This document shows positions 41,801 to 51,134 of a stretch of 64,000 bases of DNA, one piece after another. The notes under the pieces were generated by a model, which did no database searches, was not told the origin of the DNA, and saw only the letters and a list, made by a program, of their open reading frames with translations. The DNA is from Candidatus Bathyarchaeia archaeon (lineage in GTDB: Archaea > Thermoproteota > Bathyarchaeia > Bathyarchaeales > Bathycorpusculaceae): contig JAVZLH010000001.1 in the NCBI GenBank assembly GCA_038883855.1, positions 64,001 through 128,000 on the forward strand, written 5' to 3'. Position 1 is the stretch's first letter. Every line of letters begins with the position of its first letter. The translations under genes and the position numbers were made by a program.

Positions 41801-42376
41801 TTACTCTCCCTTAATTTCGAAAACGAATGGAGGCGTAGAAGTTTTCACATCCAACTTCTTTCCGAGAAGCCCCTCTAAAAGTCCTGCCCAAACTTCAGTC
41901 TCACCAATAAACGGTGTTTTTATGAGTATGTATTTGTCTTTTAGGTAGAAGTCGCCGAAACCCTGCACTCTCAAGCGTTTAAAAACATATTGCCAGCATT
42001 CGCGAACTTCGGTTTTGATGTCAAGGGTTGCCTCCATGAAGACCTTTAGGGCTTCACCCATTTTTCTCCCAACCTCACGCCATTTCTCTTTCGGAATATT
42101 TTGGAGCATTATGTCGATCAATTCTATGTTTAGGAAGGCTATGCGGCTTATGCCGCAATAATACTCTCCTGGAAAACGCCAGTCGTAAACCATCATGCTT
42201 CTGTAAACGTCAAGCATTTTAGAAATTAGAGGCTTTATGCCTGGTTCTTTTCCTTCGCGGATTAGGGAGTCGATGAATTCTCTTTCTTCTTTTTCAAGGA
42301 TTATTGTGGTTCTTTTGGCTGTTTCGCTGTTTTTTTTGGTGAGTTCTTCGAGTTTTTTCCCTTTTTCCTTCTGCAT
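41801..42376 (-). CDS. Hypothetical protein (possible RHH-like N-terminus plus small ligand-binding domain)
   Basis: KRTTIILEKEEREFIDSLI beta-alpha-alpha pattern; inverted repeat upstream. Confidence 0.65.
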   Translation of the reverse strand: MQKEKGKKLEELTKKNSETAKRTTIILEKEEREFIDSLIREGKEPGIKPLISKMLDVYRSMMVYDWRFPGEYYCGISRIAFLNIELIDIMLQNIPKEKWREVGRKMGEALKVFMEATLDIKTEVRECWQYVFKRLRVQGFGDFYLKDKYILIKTPFIGETEVWAGLLEGLLGKKLDVKTSTPPFVFEIKGE

Positions 42377-42392
42377 AACTAGTATATCCTAT

Positions 42393-42409
42393 AGCATATC
42401 TTATATGCT
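42393..42409. promoter_or_regulatory. Inverted repeat AGCATAT-ctt-ATATGCT, candidate operator
   Basis: Perfect 7-bp inverted repeat 17-33 bp upstream of the 42376 start codon. Confidence 0.4.
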
Positions 42410-42623
42410 TTATGAATTTGTATAAAACACAACCGTATCTTCAAAACAGTTGTGTGCCTTCACTCGCTCCAACTTAATATCCTTCTCCCTTCTTTAACCC
42501 AACCGCTATGGCAAAATAATCTTAGTGAAAATCTCTTCTGGCGCAATATAGCTTTTCTTTTCACTTGGCACTTCCTTCAAACGTAAATTCAGTCGCATTC
42601 TTCTTTAAGCCTTCCAGAAACCG

Positions 42624-43052
42624 TCATTTTTCCTTAGATCTGCTCCATTCTGGAACGCGTGCATCTGGAATAGAATCATGCGATGGAATGTAGGGTTTAA
42701 TGTCAACTAACGGTGAGCCTTCCAAAGCGTCAAGTCCGCTGACAGTCAAAGTGCAACTTTCAACTTTTAGCAACTTTGTTACGCATAAGCCTATGGGGTT
42801 CGGGCGGGACGGACTTCTACACGCAAAGACACCTACTTCAACGTTCACCTTATGCCTCTTAGGAAAAACAAGCAAAGTTCGTCTTTCCTCCTCATTATCC
42901 CGCAAATGAATCCAGTAAAGAACGATTAAATGCGAAAAATCTTCTATGCCTTTCAAGCCAGAACAGTATTCTGGAAAGATGCGTACTCTAGCCTCTTGTT
43001 CCCCAGCCTTTTCAACAACTCCTATAAAACGAAGCCTACCGTTTGCACCCAT
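42624..43052 (-). CDS. tsaA: tRNA m6t6A37 methyltransferase TrmO/TsaA
   Basis: FSHLIVLYWIH, GVFACRSPSRPNPIG, GLDALEGSPLVDIKPY. Confidence 0.93.
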   Translation of the reverse strand: MGANGRLRFIGVVEKAGEQEARVRIFPEYCSGLKGIEDFSHLIVLYWIHLRDNEEERRTLLVFPKRHKVNVEVGVFACRSPSRPNPIGLCVTKLLKVESCTLTVSGLDALEGSPLVDIKPYIPSHDSIPDARVPEWSRSKEK

Positions 43053-43071
43053 GCCTCTTCCCTCCAGCGTT

Positions 43072-43932
43072 TTACCGCGTCTTCAAGTAAGCTTCAACTT
43101 TTCCGGCAATTTCCATAAAAGCTTTCGAAGCAGGAGAATTTGGGTCTTCAACTATGAAAGGCAACCCCTTATCTGAAGCTTGGCTTATTTTCTGGTCTAT
43201 CGGTATGCTACCAAGAAACGGAATACCAAGTTCATCAGCCATGCGCTTTCCGCCTCCAGACTGAAATATGTCAATTTTTGAGCCGCAATGGGGGCAGACG
43301 AACCCACTCATGTTTTCCACAACACCGATAATAGGCATCCCAAGCCTATTCGCGAAACTCACAGCCTTCTTAACAACAACCTGCGAAACCTCAGACGGAA
43401 TCGTAACAATTATCACGCCGTCCATCTCTGGCAAGAGCTGAGCAATACTTAGCGGCTCATCTCCGGTTCCAGGGGGCAAATCAATAAGCAGTATATCCAG
43501 TTCTCCCCAAACAATGTCTGAAAGAAACTGGCGTATCGCCGTCATTTTCAATGGTCCACGCCAAATGACAGGCGCATCTTCATCGGGCAACAAGAAATCC
43601 ATAGAAACAACTTTTATTCCAAGCAACCCGAAAACGGGAAAAACGCCGGGCGGTCCAATTTGAAGCCTTTGACCTGTTAATCCCAATATTTTTGGTATGC
43701 TTGGTCCGTGGATGTCTGCATCTAAAACTCCTACACTGTTTGTGTGCCCGTGCATGGCGAAGGCTATGGCAAGGTTTGCTGTGATTGTGCTTTTTCCAAC
43801 GCCGCCTTTTCCGCTTATCACGGCTATTTTATGTTTGATTTTTCCCATCTTAGCCTTCAGCTTCTCAAATTCCTCAAACATCTGTTTCCTTCTTTCTTCA
43901 ATCGCCTTAACATTCTCCTCTTCTTTACTCAT
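43072..43932 (-). CDS. Mrp/NBP35 Fe-S cluster carrier ATPase
   Basis: SGKGGVGKS, DADIHGPS, WRGP, DLPPGTGD, ENMS..CPHC. Confidence 0.95.
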   Translation of the reverse strand: MSKEEENVKAIEERRKQMFEEFEKLKAKMGKIKHKIAVISGKGGVGKSTITANLAIAFAMHGHTNSVGVLDADIHGPSIPKILGLTGQRLQIGPPGVFPVFGLLGIKVVSMDFLLPDEDAPVIWRGPLKMTAIRQFLSDIVWGELDILLIDLPPGTGDEPLSIAQLLPEMDGVIIVTIPSEVSQVVVKKAVSFANRLGMPIIGVVENMSGFVCPHCGSKIDIFQSGGGKRMADELGIPFLGSIPIDQKISQASDKGLPFIVEDPNSPASKAFMEIAGKVEAYLKTR

Positions 43933-44111
43933 AACAACACCAGAACTAGCGCTTAATGTCTTGCATGGTTGAAGATGGTGAACAACACTAAATAGTTTTT
44001 GTATACACCCTAATTTATTTATTGAAAATGCAGATTTACAGTTTATTTTTTGAATTCATAAGAGTTTTAATGTTTTCAACTCTAAGCAATTAGTTGCAGG
44101 GTGAAAGTTGC

Positions 44112-44330
44112 ATGAGTGAACAAATCCTTCAAGCTTGCAAAGAATTAATCGACGACGCAAAAATTGGCTGCGCCGACCTTGTTTTTAAAGAAATATGCCT
44201 TGAAATTCTTTCAAGAGCGAAGAATATCTTAAATGAAAGACAGTTTAGGCAGCTAGTTTCTTACGCTGCTGAAAAAATGAGGGAAAGAATTCCTTTTGAG
44301 TGTGAGCGCGAAATTACCTTAAACCGATAA
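44112..44330 (+). CDS. Small hypothetical protein
   Basis: 72-aa helical ORF with GGTGA RBS. Confidence 0.65.
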   Translation: MSEQILQACKELIDDAKIGCADLVFKEICLEILSRAKNILNERQFRQLVSYAAEKMRERIPFECEREITLNR

Positions 44331-44430
44331 AGAAATGGGCACCCACTGTAGAATTTGAGCAGCATCTAAGCTGCCGACACCATGAAGCGCCGATTAAAAG
44401 CAGCTTCACCCTGCTCATGTTTTTCTGGTT

Positions 44431-44916
44431 TTAACCAAGCTTATACCCTATTCTCCGCAGAAACTCCTTCCTCGCCTTAATATCCCCTTCTTTCTCTATG
44501 CCTCTGCTCTTTAAACCGTCAACTACGCCGATTATGCCTCTGCCCTGCTCCGTTTCCGCAATAACAACTTCTAAGGGATTCGCTGTGGCCGCGTAAACCG
44601 TGCAGACCTCAGGCACTTTCTTAATCTTGTCTAAAACGTTTATTGGATACGCATTTCTTATGAAGATTATGAAGCTGTGACCGCATGCGAGTTCAAAGGC
44701 TTTTTCAGCCGCCAAACGCCTCAGTTCCTCATCGTTTCCCTCGTGTCTAACCAAGCATGGACCGGAACTTTCGCAGAAGCCGATGCCGAACTTTATGTTT
44801 GGAACAGCGTTAACCAAAGCTTCGTAAAGGTCTTCGACTGTTTTAATGAAATGCGCCATCCCCAAAATCACGTTACAATCCTTCGGCACGTCAATTTTGA
44901 CGGTTTTTAGCTCCAA
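44431..44916 (-). CDS. Adenosine-specific kinase / DUF355 family protein
   Basis: [38 protein letters not shown]. Confidence 0.92.
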   Translation of the reverse strand: MELKTVKIDVPKDCNVILGMAHFIKTVEDLYEALVNAVPNIKFGIGFCESSGPCLVRHEGNDEELRRLAAEKAFELACGHSFIIFIRNAYPINVLDKIKKVPEVCTVYAATANPLEVVIAETEQGRGIIGVVDGLKSRGIEKEGDIKARKEFLRRIGYKLG

Positions 44917-44964
44917 TACGACTCCTCCAACCTAGGTTTTTGTTGATAGAAATGTAGTGCGCGT

Positions 44965-46255
44965 TTAGGATTTAAATGCTATTTTTACAGCAAAAAGTAA
45001 TGTGCCCAACGCTACTATAATCAAAGAAAGATAGAAAGCGTTAACACATGCTGTTTGTTTTGGCAATCCGAGGACAGTAATTTGAAAATCGGCGAATGGT
45101 CCGCCGATAAGCATTCCTGCTGGTCCCCAGCTTAATGCCATAACTGTGTTATATCGGCTTAGTAGTCGTCCTCTTTTGTGTTCTTGAATTAGGTCTCCAG
45201 CGAGGGCGAAGCCAACTGTTTGAATAATCCAGAATGATGCTCCGTTGAGTCCGTAAACTAACGCCATTAAGAGGACATTTCGAGCAAAGGCATAAGAGAG
45301 CGGCGTAAATGTCGCTAGAATCAGCCCTAATAATATAACTTTGCTTTTCCCAATCTTGTTGGCTAAACCTCCAGAGATTATGCTTGCGATCATTCCGCCA
45401 ATAGTCCAAGAGGCAAGTATAATACTCATTTCGTAGCTTTCTACGCCTAAGCCTTCTGGAAGTTCTAGAAACAGGAGGAAAATCTGATTTATTGAAGCTG
45501 CTCCTAAGACTATTATTGTAAGGGCTACTAGAAACCAATTGTAGGTTTTTCGTCTTCGATACAAATTTTATTCACATGTTCCTCGTGTTTATGAATGAGT
45601 AAGGCGTCTTTGGTTTTTGTTCTTTCACGCCTTGAAACTAAAGCCATTGTTATTGTTCCAATAAAAAGCAAAATAGTTACTATGTAAAAGATTATTCCAC
45701 TTTTGAAGCCTTCTCCGTCAAAGTACAGGTATCCAGCACATAATATGCCTACCATTCTACCAAGGGAAGCGATAAAATTTAATGCTCCGGTAACCTTCCC
45801 TCGTGTTTTTGGAGTTGTAACATCCGTTAGTAGCGCTGCCCATCCAACATCCGACATGGACCAAAAGAACTCCAATATAGATAAACCGAAAATTATTGTT
45901 AAGCCAGCAGCGAAATTGTTTTCAACATCAAAAAAGATCTGTGAATCAGAAAGACTGCTATGTAAGTGAATCCCGCTATGGTTTCGCCTGCTATTATAAG
46001 CGTCGCTTTTATCTTGTAGCGGTCGCTTATCTTACCCCAAATCAGATTTTGACCTAGAGCCGAAGCAAGCATGTTAAGCGTTCCAAGAGCCGCTGTTGAT
46101 GTGACGTTTCCCATCAACATGTAAAGATAGTTTATCATGAACGTGTAGAATATGCCTCTCCTAACAAAAGTTAGAAACTGAAAAAGGCTTAAATTAAAAA
46201 ATATGTCTCTTAAACCAGCAGACGTCAAAGCTTCAGCATCATGAGCCTTCGTCAC
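44965..46255 (-). pseudogene. MFS transporter split by two -1 frameshifts
   Basis: WGKISDRY, RGKVTG, RGRLLSRY MFS motifs spread over three ORFs; one added base in runs at 45930-35 and 45546-50 joins them. Confidence 0.75.
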
Positions 46256-46349
46256 CGTTTCGTCGCCTCAACTTAAGACTGTAATAGTAACAACAGTGAT
46301 ACATAAAACCTTAAAGCCAACAGAGCCACCAAAATATCAAGAAGAGCTT

Positions 46350-46427
46350 GGGCCGGTAGTTCAGTTTGGTACGAACGCCTGACTTGCACTCAGGAGGTCG
46401 GGGGTTCAAATCCCCCCCGGTCCACCA
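46350..46427 (+). tRNA. tRNA-Ala (anticodon UGC), intronless, CCA encoded
   Basis: Acceptor GGGCCGG/CCGGTCC with G3:U70; D stem GTTC/GAAC; anticodon arm CCTGA-CT TGC AC-TCAGG; T arm GGGGG-TTCAAAT-CCCCC. Confidence 0.97.
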
Positions 46428-46538
46428 CCATGCTGACATCTACTCAACCAACTTATGCTTTGAACCTCTATTATTGGAACTTTCAAAATGGCAAAAGGTT
46501 AATTCACTCATGTACATAGGTGATTAGGTGGCAAGCCT

Positions 46539-46943
46539 ATGCCAATAAAGTACATTGAAGCTTCAGATGTGAAAAAACGAGTTGATGAAATCGCTGAAAA
46601 CCTTAACCTTTTCCACATAATTCCGCAATTCGTTTTCTGTGTGAGGAGTAAATGCTCAAAATCCACACGTACAATTGCCCGCATTCACGGTTTAGGCAGG
46701 ATATGGCAGGAAACGCTTAATCTTCCACCATCCTACATTATCGAGGTTATTTCTGAACGTTACGACAAGTTGTCAGAGGAGGAGAAGGAGAAAACCCTAA
46801 TCCACGAGCTTCTACATATCCCGCATGGGTTTTCCGGAGGCTTCCGACCACATAAGGGCTATGTAAGCCGCGAGAAAGTGGAGCAGCTATACAGGAAACT
46901 GAAACAAAACAGGGCTAGGAAAGTTATTAACGAAAATTTTTAA
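46539..46943 (+). CDS. Putative metallopeptidase
   Basis: ARIHGL, YIIEVISE, LIHELLHIP (HExxH). Confidence 0.85.
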   Translation: MPIKYIEASDVKKRVDEIAENLNLFHIIPQFVFCVRSKCSKSTRTIARIHGLGRIWQETLNLPPSYIIEVISERYDKLSEEEKEKTLIHELLHIPHGFSGGFRPHKGYVSREKVEQLYRKLKQNRARKVINENF

Positions 46944-47037
46944 TAAACCTTTCAGCAGCGGTGTTTAATGCTCTTTTCTTGCAAAAGTTTAATTTGCTTT
47001 AAAGGCGAAATAACGGGCGCATGGAAGTGAATGTGAA

Positions 47038-47319
47038 ATGATGTCTCAAATACCGATAAAAATTGAGAAGGTTAGCGAGAAGCTTTTAGACCGCGAAATC
47101 TTGAGGGTGGCAATAATCGCCGAGTTAGACGCCGTAAGCCTCTATGAGCAGCTGGCAGCGGCAACGAAAAACGAAGCTATCAAGAAGGTTCTCTTCGAAG
47201 TGGCTAGGGAAGAGAAAACGCATGTCGGCGAATTTCAAGCGTTGTTGTTGAAGGAAGACGCAGAGCAAGTCACGGAACTGGAAAAGGGCAAAAAAGAAGT
47301 CGAAGAAATAACAGAGTAA
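47038..47319 (+). CDS. Short ferritin-like / rubrerythrin-family protein (encapsulin Flp-like)
   Basis: AELDAVSLYEQ, EEKTHVGEF di-iron motifs. Confidence 0.88.
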   Translation: MMSQIPIKIEKVSEKLLDREILRVAIIAELDAVSLYEQLAAATKNEAIKKVLFEVAREEKTHVGEFQALLLKEDAEQVTELEKGKKEVEEITE

Positions 47320-47470
47320 ACAACGGGCAACTTTCTCTTTTCTTTCTACATTCAACGTATTAACGTTGGTTAACAGCTTGGCATTGTGCCGCTGTTTATT
47401 TGGAAGACAAACCAAAATAGATAAAAGTGTGGAAATTTAAAGAGAGACACCGAAACTTGGAGAAAAAAGT

Positions 47471-47665
47471 ATGCCTACAGAGATCTTTGACGTTGACAAG
47501 TTCATCGAAATAAGCGGACGCGCAGAATACTGCATTGTGAAAAGGTTAAAAGATGTTGTTAAGCTAAAGTTGCGCACATCTAAAAAGCTTATTACACTGA
47601 AGGTGGAGCCGACGAGAGCGGAGGAAATCCTTAAAAAACTTCAGTGCGAAATCCGTGAAATATAA
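47471..47665 (+). CDS. rpl38e: Ribosomal protein eL38
   Basis: MP.EI.D..KFIE...VKLKLRTSK.L.TLKV pattern of the L38e family. Confidence 0.8.
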   Translation: MPTEIFDVDKFIEISGRAEYCIVKRLKDVVKLKLRTSKKLITLKVEPTRAEEILKKLQCEIREI

Positions 47666-47675
47666 GCTATGCCTT

Positions 47676-48719
47676 TTATGGCGTTTTGCTTGCGCCCCTC
47701 TTCTTCTTAGAAAGCTTAGTCAGAAGGTTTAGTGCGTTAGCTTCCTCTTCTGCAGCCTTAACATTTAGGATTCCCGCTTTCTCAGCTTTCGAAAATAGTT
47801 CTTCGCCCCTTTCTGTGCGTATGATTGTGAATGTCCACTTGTCAAGTCCCAAACCACCAGCTGAGATGTCAGCAAGCTCAGAACTGAAGTCATCGCAGAA
47901 ACTGCAACTTCTGCGGGCATACTGCTTTATTTCTGGCAATGGTATTGCTTGAACGCCTTTTTCTGTTGTGACAAGCATTTTCCCCTTAATATTCATCTTC
48001 TTTATGTCACTCAAGTTTATTCCAAGCTTTTCTTGAATGTGCTTTTGCATAAGCCCATCGTAATAGAAACATTCTGAGCACATTAGCCCAATCAAAAACT
48101 TTATGGGCGCCGTGAACCTTTTCAGCCCAACCATCTGCATCTTTCTAACTGCGTGAATTTGGCATGGTGTGCCAACAAAAGCGAGGCTTGACTTTTTCTG
48201 TTTTACGCCTTCTGCAAGGGCTTGGATGTTTGGCGAGTAGGAATATTTTGTTCCAGCGCTTTTCAAAATATCTTCACATGTCAACGCCAGCTTTGGAACT
48301 GGGTGGAAGGTTTTTTCTTGGCTTAAACCAGAAACAACCGCGCCGTCTATAAGCCCGTTTTCTAAAGCAAACAAAAGAAGCGCGGTGACGACGCCCCCGT
48401 CTTGGCATGCCCTTAATACATCATCGTTCTTTACTTGGGCTACGACAAGTTTGCGGTAAACTCCGAAATCCTCCTCTGGCTTTCTTTCTCTTCCAAAAAC
48501 GAAATTCTCCGCTTTAGACCAATCCCAATCATAACGGGGACACGCTTGCGCGCAGATTCCGCATATCTTACATTCCTTAACTACCTTCGGCTTCTCCTCC
48601 ACATATTCAAGGCAGTTAACTGGGCAGATGACAACGCATGTGCTACAACCAACACATTTTCCAGCATCCACAACATTCTTTCCAAGCGAATCTTCAAAAC
48701 CAACCTTCGGAGCACTCAT
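47676..48719 (-). CDS. Coenzyme F420 hydrogenase/dehydrogenase beta-subunit family protein with 2x[4Fe-4S] domain
   Basis: CVGCSTCVVICP, CKICGICAQACP, QDGGVVT, GTKY, GTPCQ, GLMC, ADISAG. Confidence 0.9.
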   Translation of the reverse strand: MSAPKVGFEDSLGKNVVDAGKCVGCSTCVVICPVNCLEYVEEKPKVVKECKICGICAQACPRYDWDWSKAENFVFGRERKPEEDFGVYRKLVVAQVKNDDVLRACQDGGVVTALLLFALENGLIDGAVVSGLSQEKTFHPVPKLALTCEDILKSAGTKYSYSPNIQALAEGVKQKKSSLAFVGTPCQIHAVRKMQMVGLKRFTAPIKFLIGLMCSECFYYDGLMQKHIQEKLGINLSDIKKMNIKGKMLVTTEKGVQAIPLPEIKQYARRSCSFCDDFSSELADISAGGLGLDKWTFTIIRTERGEELFSKAEKAGILNVKAAEEEANALNLLTKLSKKKRGASKTP

Positions 48720-48848
48720 GGATAGCACGCTTTATACACAATAACAAGATGTTCAAGTTTAAAGTTTTTGCAAAAGCATTTTACCTATTATGGCTTGGAA
48801 AGCTGAACTTAAATAGTTGCAGGCTCCCAGTTAAAAGCGGAAGTTTCC

Positions 48849-49607
48849 ATGAACCCCATTCAAATAATAGGAGTTGAAGGCTTGCCAATTATAAAGGCCG
48901 GAGACAACATCGCCCAACTCATCTGCAAAGCCGCTGAAAAACAGGGAACGCCAATCCAAAACGGAGACATAATCGTAATAACACACGTTATTGTTTCTAG
49001 AGCAGAAGGAAAAATTGTAAACCTAGACGAGGTTGAACCCTCCGAGTTTGCGAAGAACGTGGCTAGGCAATATGGGAAAGATCCAGCGATGGTTGAAGTT
49101 GTTCTTCGCGAATCCAAAAACATAAAACGCATGGGAGACGGCAAAATAATAACAGAAACAAAACACGGGTTTATCTGCGCAAACTCAGGTGTTGACAAAT
49201 CCAACGTTCCTAAAGAACGTTTTGTCGCCTTGCTACCCGACAACCCAGACATTTCAGCTCAAAAAATTAGAGGGGAAATAAAGAAGCTGACAGGCTGTGA
49301 TGTTGCAGTTATAATTTCTGACACTCACGGGCGCCCATTAAGGGAGGGCGAAATTAACGTGGCTATTGGTGTAGCGGGAATAAAACCCATTCGAGATCGG
49401 AGAGGCGAGAAAGACTTGTTTGGTTACGTCTTGCAAGTTAAGCAAACAGCGGTTGCTGACGAGTTAGCTTCTGCTGCAGAGTTGGTTATTGGGCAGGCGG
49501 ATGAAGGGGTTCCGGCAGCCATAATCCGCGGATACAAATATCAAAAGTCTGAAAGCGCAAAAGCCACAGAGTTAATAAGACCAGAACATAAGGATTTGTT
49601 CCTATGA
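48849..49607 (+). CDS. cofE: Coenzyme F420-0:L-glutamate ligase
   Basis: IVSRAEG, ANSGVDKSN, ISDTHGRPLR, DLFG, ADELAS. Confidence 0.95.
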   Translation: MNPIQIIGVEGLPIIKAGDNIAQLICKAAEKQGTPIQNGDIIVITHVIVSRAEGKIVNLDEVEPSEFAKNVARQYGKDPAMVEVVLRESKNIKRMGDGKIITETKHGFICANSGVDKSNVPKERFVALLPDNPDISAQKIRGEIKKLTGCDVAVIISDTHGRPLREGEINVAIGVAGIKPIRDRRGEKDLFGYVLQVKQTAVADELASAAELVIGQADEGVPAAIIRGYKYQKSESAKATELIRPEHKDLFL

Positions 49608-49991
49608 TGCTGAAATAAGTTGACAGCGTATAAATGCTAAGCTCATGGAAAACTCCATTGACCTTTTGTCCAAGCTGGCATAATAAACTCCGTTCATTAC
49701 GCAAGGCAAATGACGAGAGTCTCTGAGATTTACGCTGTGACGCGCGGCTTTCTTGCTGGAAAGACTGCGAGACAAGGATAGACAAAATGTTAAAGTACTT
49801 AAACAATTAAACCCAGCGTTAGTTGGGGCGTCTTTGCAATTGCAAAAACAATGCCTAACGCCTTTGTTTGGAACAGGTAGGCAGCCTATACCGCCTATAG
49901 CGAGTTGCGCGCGAGTAAGGCAATTTTGAAAAATAAAAATTTAAAAGACAGTTGGAAAAACATTAATTTTCTAAAAGTGTGGTGTGAAAAA

Positions 49992-51035
49992 GTGATTAAA
50001 GAAAAAAGGGCAACTCCATTCTTTAAAAAGAAGCTTGAGCCTATAGAGGTGAAAGTTCCGAAGAAAATATCGGAGCTTCTGTCTGAGATGGCTAAGACTG
50101 GCTTTCAAGGGAGAAAGCTTGGCGAGGTAGTTGAAGTCTGGGGAGAAATGCTCAAAGATGATTTAACCATATTTTTTGGTTTTGCTGGTTCTATGAGCAC
50201 AACGGGACAATGGAAAATAGTTAACTGGCTTATTGAAAAACGCTTCATCGATGTAATAGTCTCGACTGGCGCAAACATTTCTGAAGACATTTTGGAGGCT
50301 ATGGGCGGCACTTACTGGCAAGGGCACCATCTTGTTGACGATAAAGCTCTCTTAGATGCTAAAATAGACAGGTTCTACGATGTTTTCGCAGATGAATTAG
50401 AATATAGGCAAATGGAAAGTTTAATCGCTACTTTCATGAAAAAACTAAAACCCGACTACAAGTATTCCTCAGCAGAGTTTCTGTATTTGTTTGGAAAAGA
50501 GCTTTCTCAACTTGGAATAAAGAGCATTACGGCGACAGCTTACGAAAACAAAGTGCCAATATTTTGCCCAGCTATAGTTGACAGCGGATACGGAATAGCC
50601 TACTTGCTAAACAGAAAACTTGAAAGCGGCTTCAACATAACTATCGACCAGATGAAGGATTTTGAGCAACTGGTCGATATTAAAGCCAAAACCGCGAACA
50701 GCGGAGTAATATACATAGGCGGCGGAGTTCCAAAAGACGTTATCCAACTGACATCAGTTGGCAGAAGCCTAACCGAATCCAGAAAGTATGAAAGAACTTA
50801 TCCTCACAAATACGCCATACAAATAACCACGGACGCTCCACATTGGGGCGGGCTTTCTGGCTGCACTTTTGAAGAGGCTATAAGTTGGGGAAAAGAGGCT
50901 AAAGAAGGAAGGAATGTGCAGTGCTTCTGTGACGCAACCATAGCCTTGCCGATAGTGGTTCATGCGTTGGCTGAAAAAATTGAAAAACGAGAGAAACGTC
51001 CAGACCTTTCGTGGCTTTTTAAGGACTTAGAATAG
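49992..51035 (+). CDS. dys: Deoxyhypusine synthase family protein
   Basis: TGFQG, STGAN, GGGVPK, QITTD...GGLSGCTFEEAISWGK (active-site Lys), DATIALP. Confidence 0.9.
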   Translation: MIKEKRATPFFKKKLEPIEVKVPKKISELLSEMAKTGFQGRKLGEVVEVWGEMLKDDLTIFFGFAGSMSTTGQWKIVNWLIEKRFIDVIVSTGANISEDILEAMGGTYWQGHHLVDDKALLDAKIDRFYDVFADELEYRQMESLIATFMKKLKPDYKYSSAEFLYLFGKELSQLGIKSITATAYENKVPIFCPAIVDSGYGIAYLLNRKLESGFNITIDQMKDFEQLVDIKAKTANSGVIYIGGGVPKDVIQLTSVGRSLTESRKYERTYPHKYAIQITTDAPHWGGLSGCTFEEAISWGKEAKEGRNVQCFCDATIALPIVVHALAEKIEKREKRPDLSWLFKDLE

Positions 51036-51134
51036 ATGGTTTAACCTGTAATTTCAAGTACGCATCTCAACTCCCCCCTTTTGTGGGAAATCATAAATAA
51101 GTTTGTGATGGTAAGTTAACTGTGAGGAAAATAT

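Noticed and set aside
46424-46430. ACCACCA at the tRNA 3' end (CCACCA degradation tag)
   Set aside because: That tag is added post-transcriptionally; a genomic extra CCA is plausibly chance trailer sequence.
46350-47000. tRNA-Ala as an integration site of a mobile element
   Set aside because: No integrase and no duplicated tRNA 3' end seen in the window; flanking genes are ordinary.
49486-49806. 106-aa minus-strand ORF across the cofE-dys gap
   Set aside because: Overlaps the cofE 3' end, has no motifs and an atypical composition; a structured-RNA explanation fits better.
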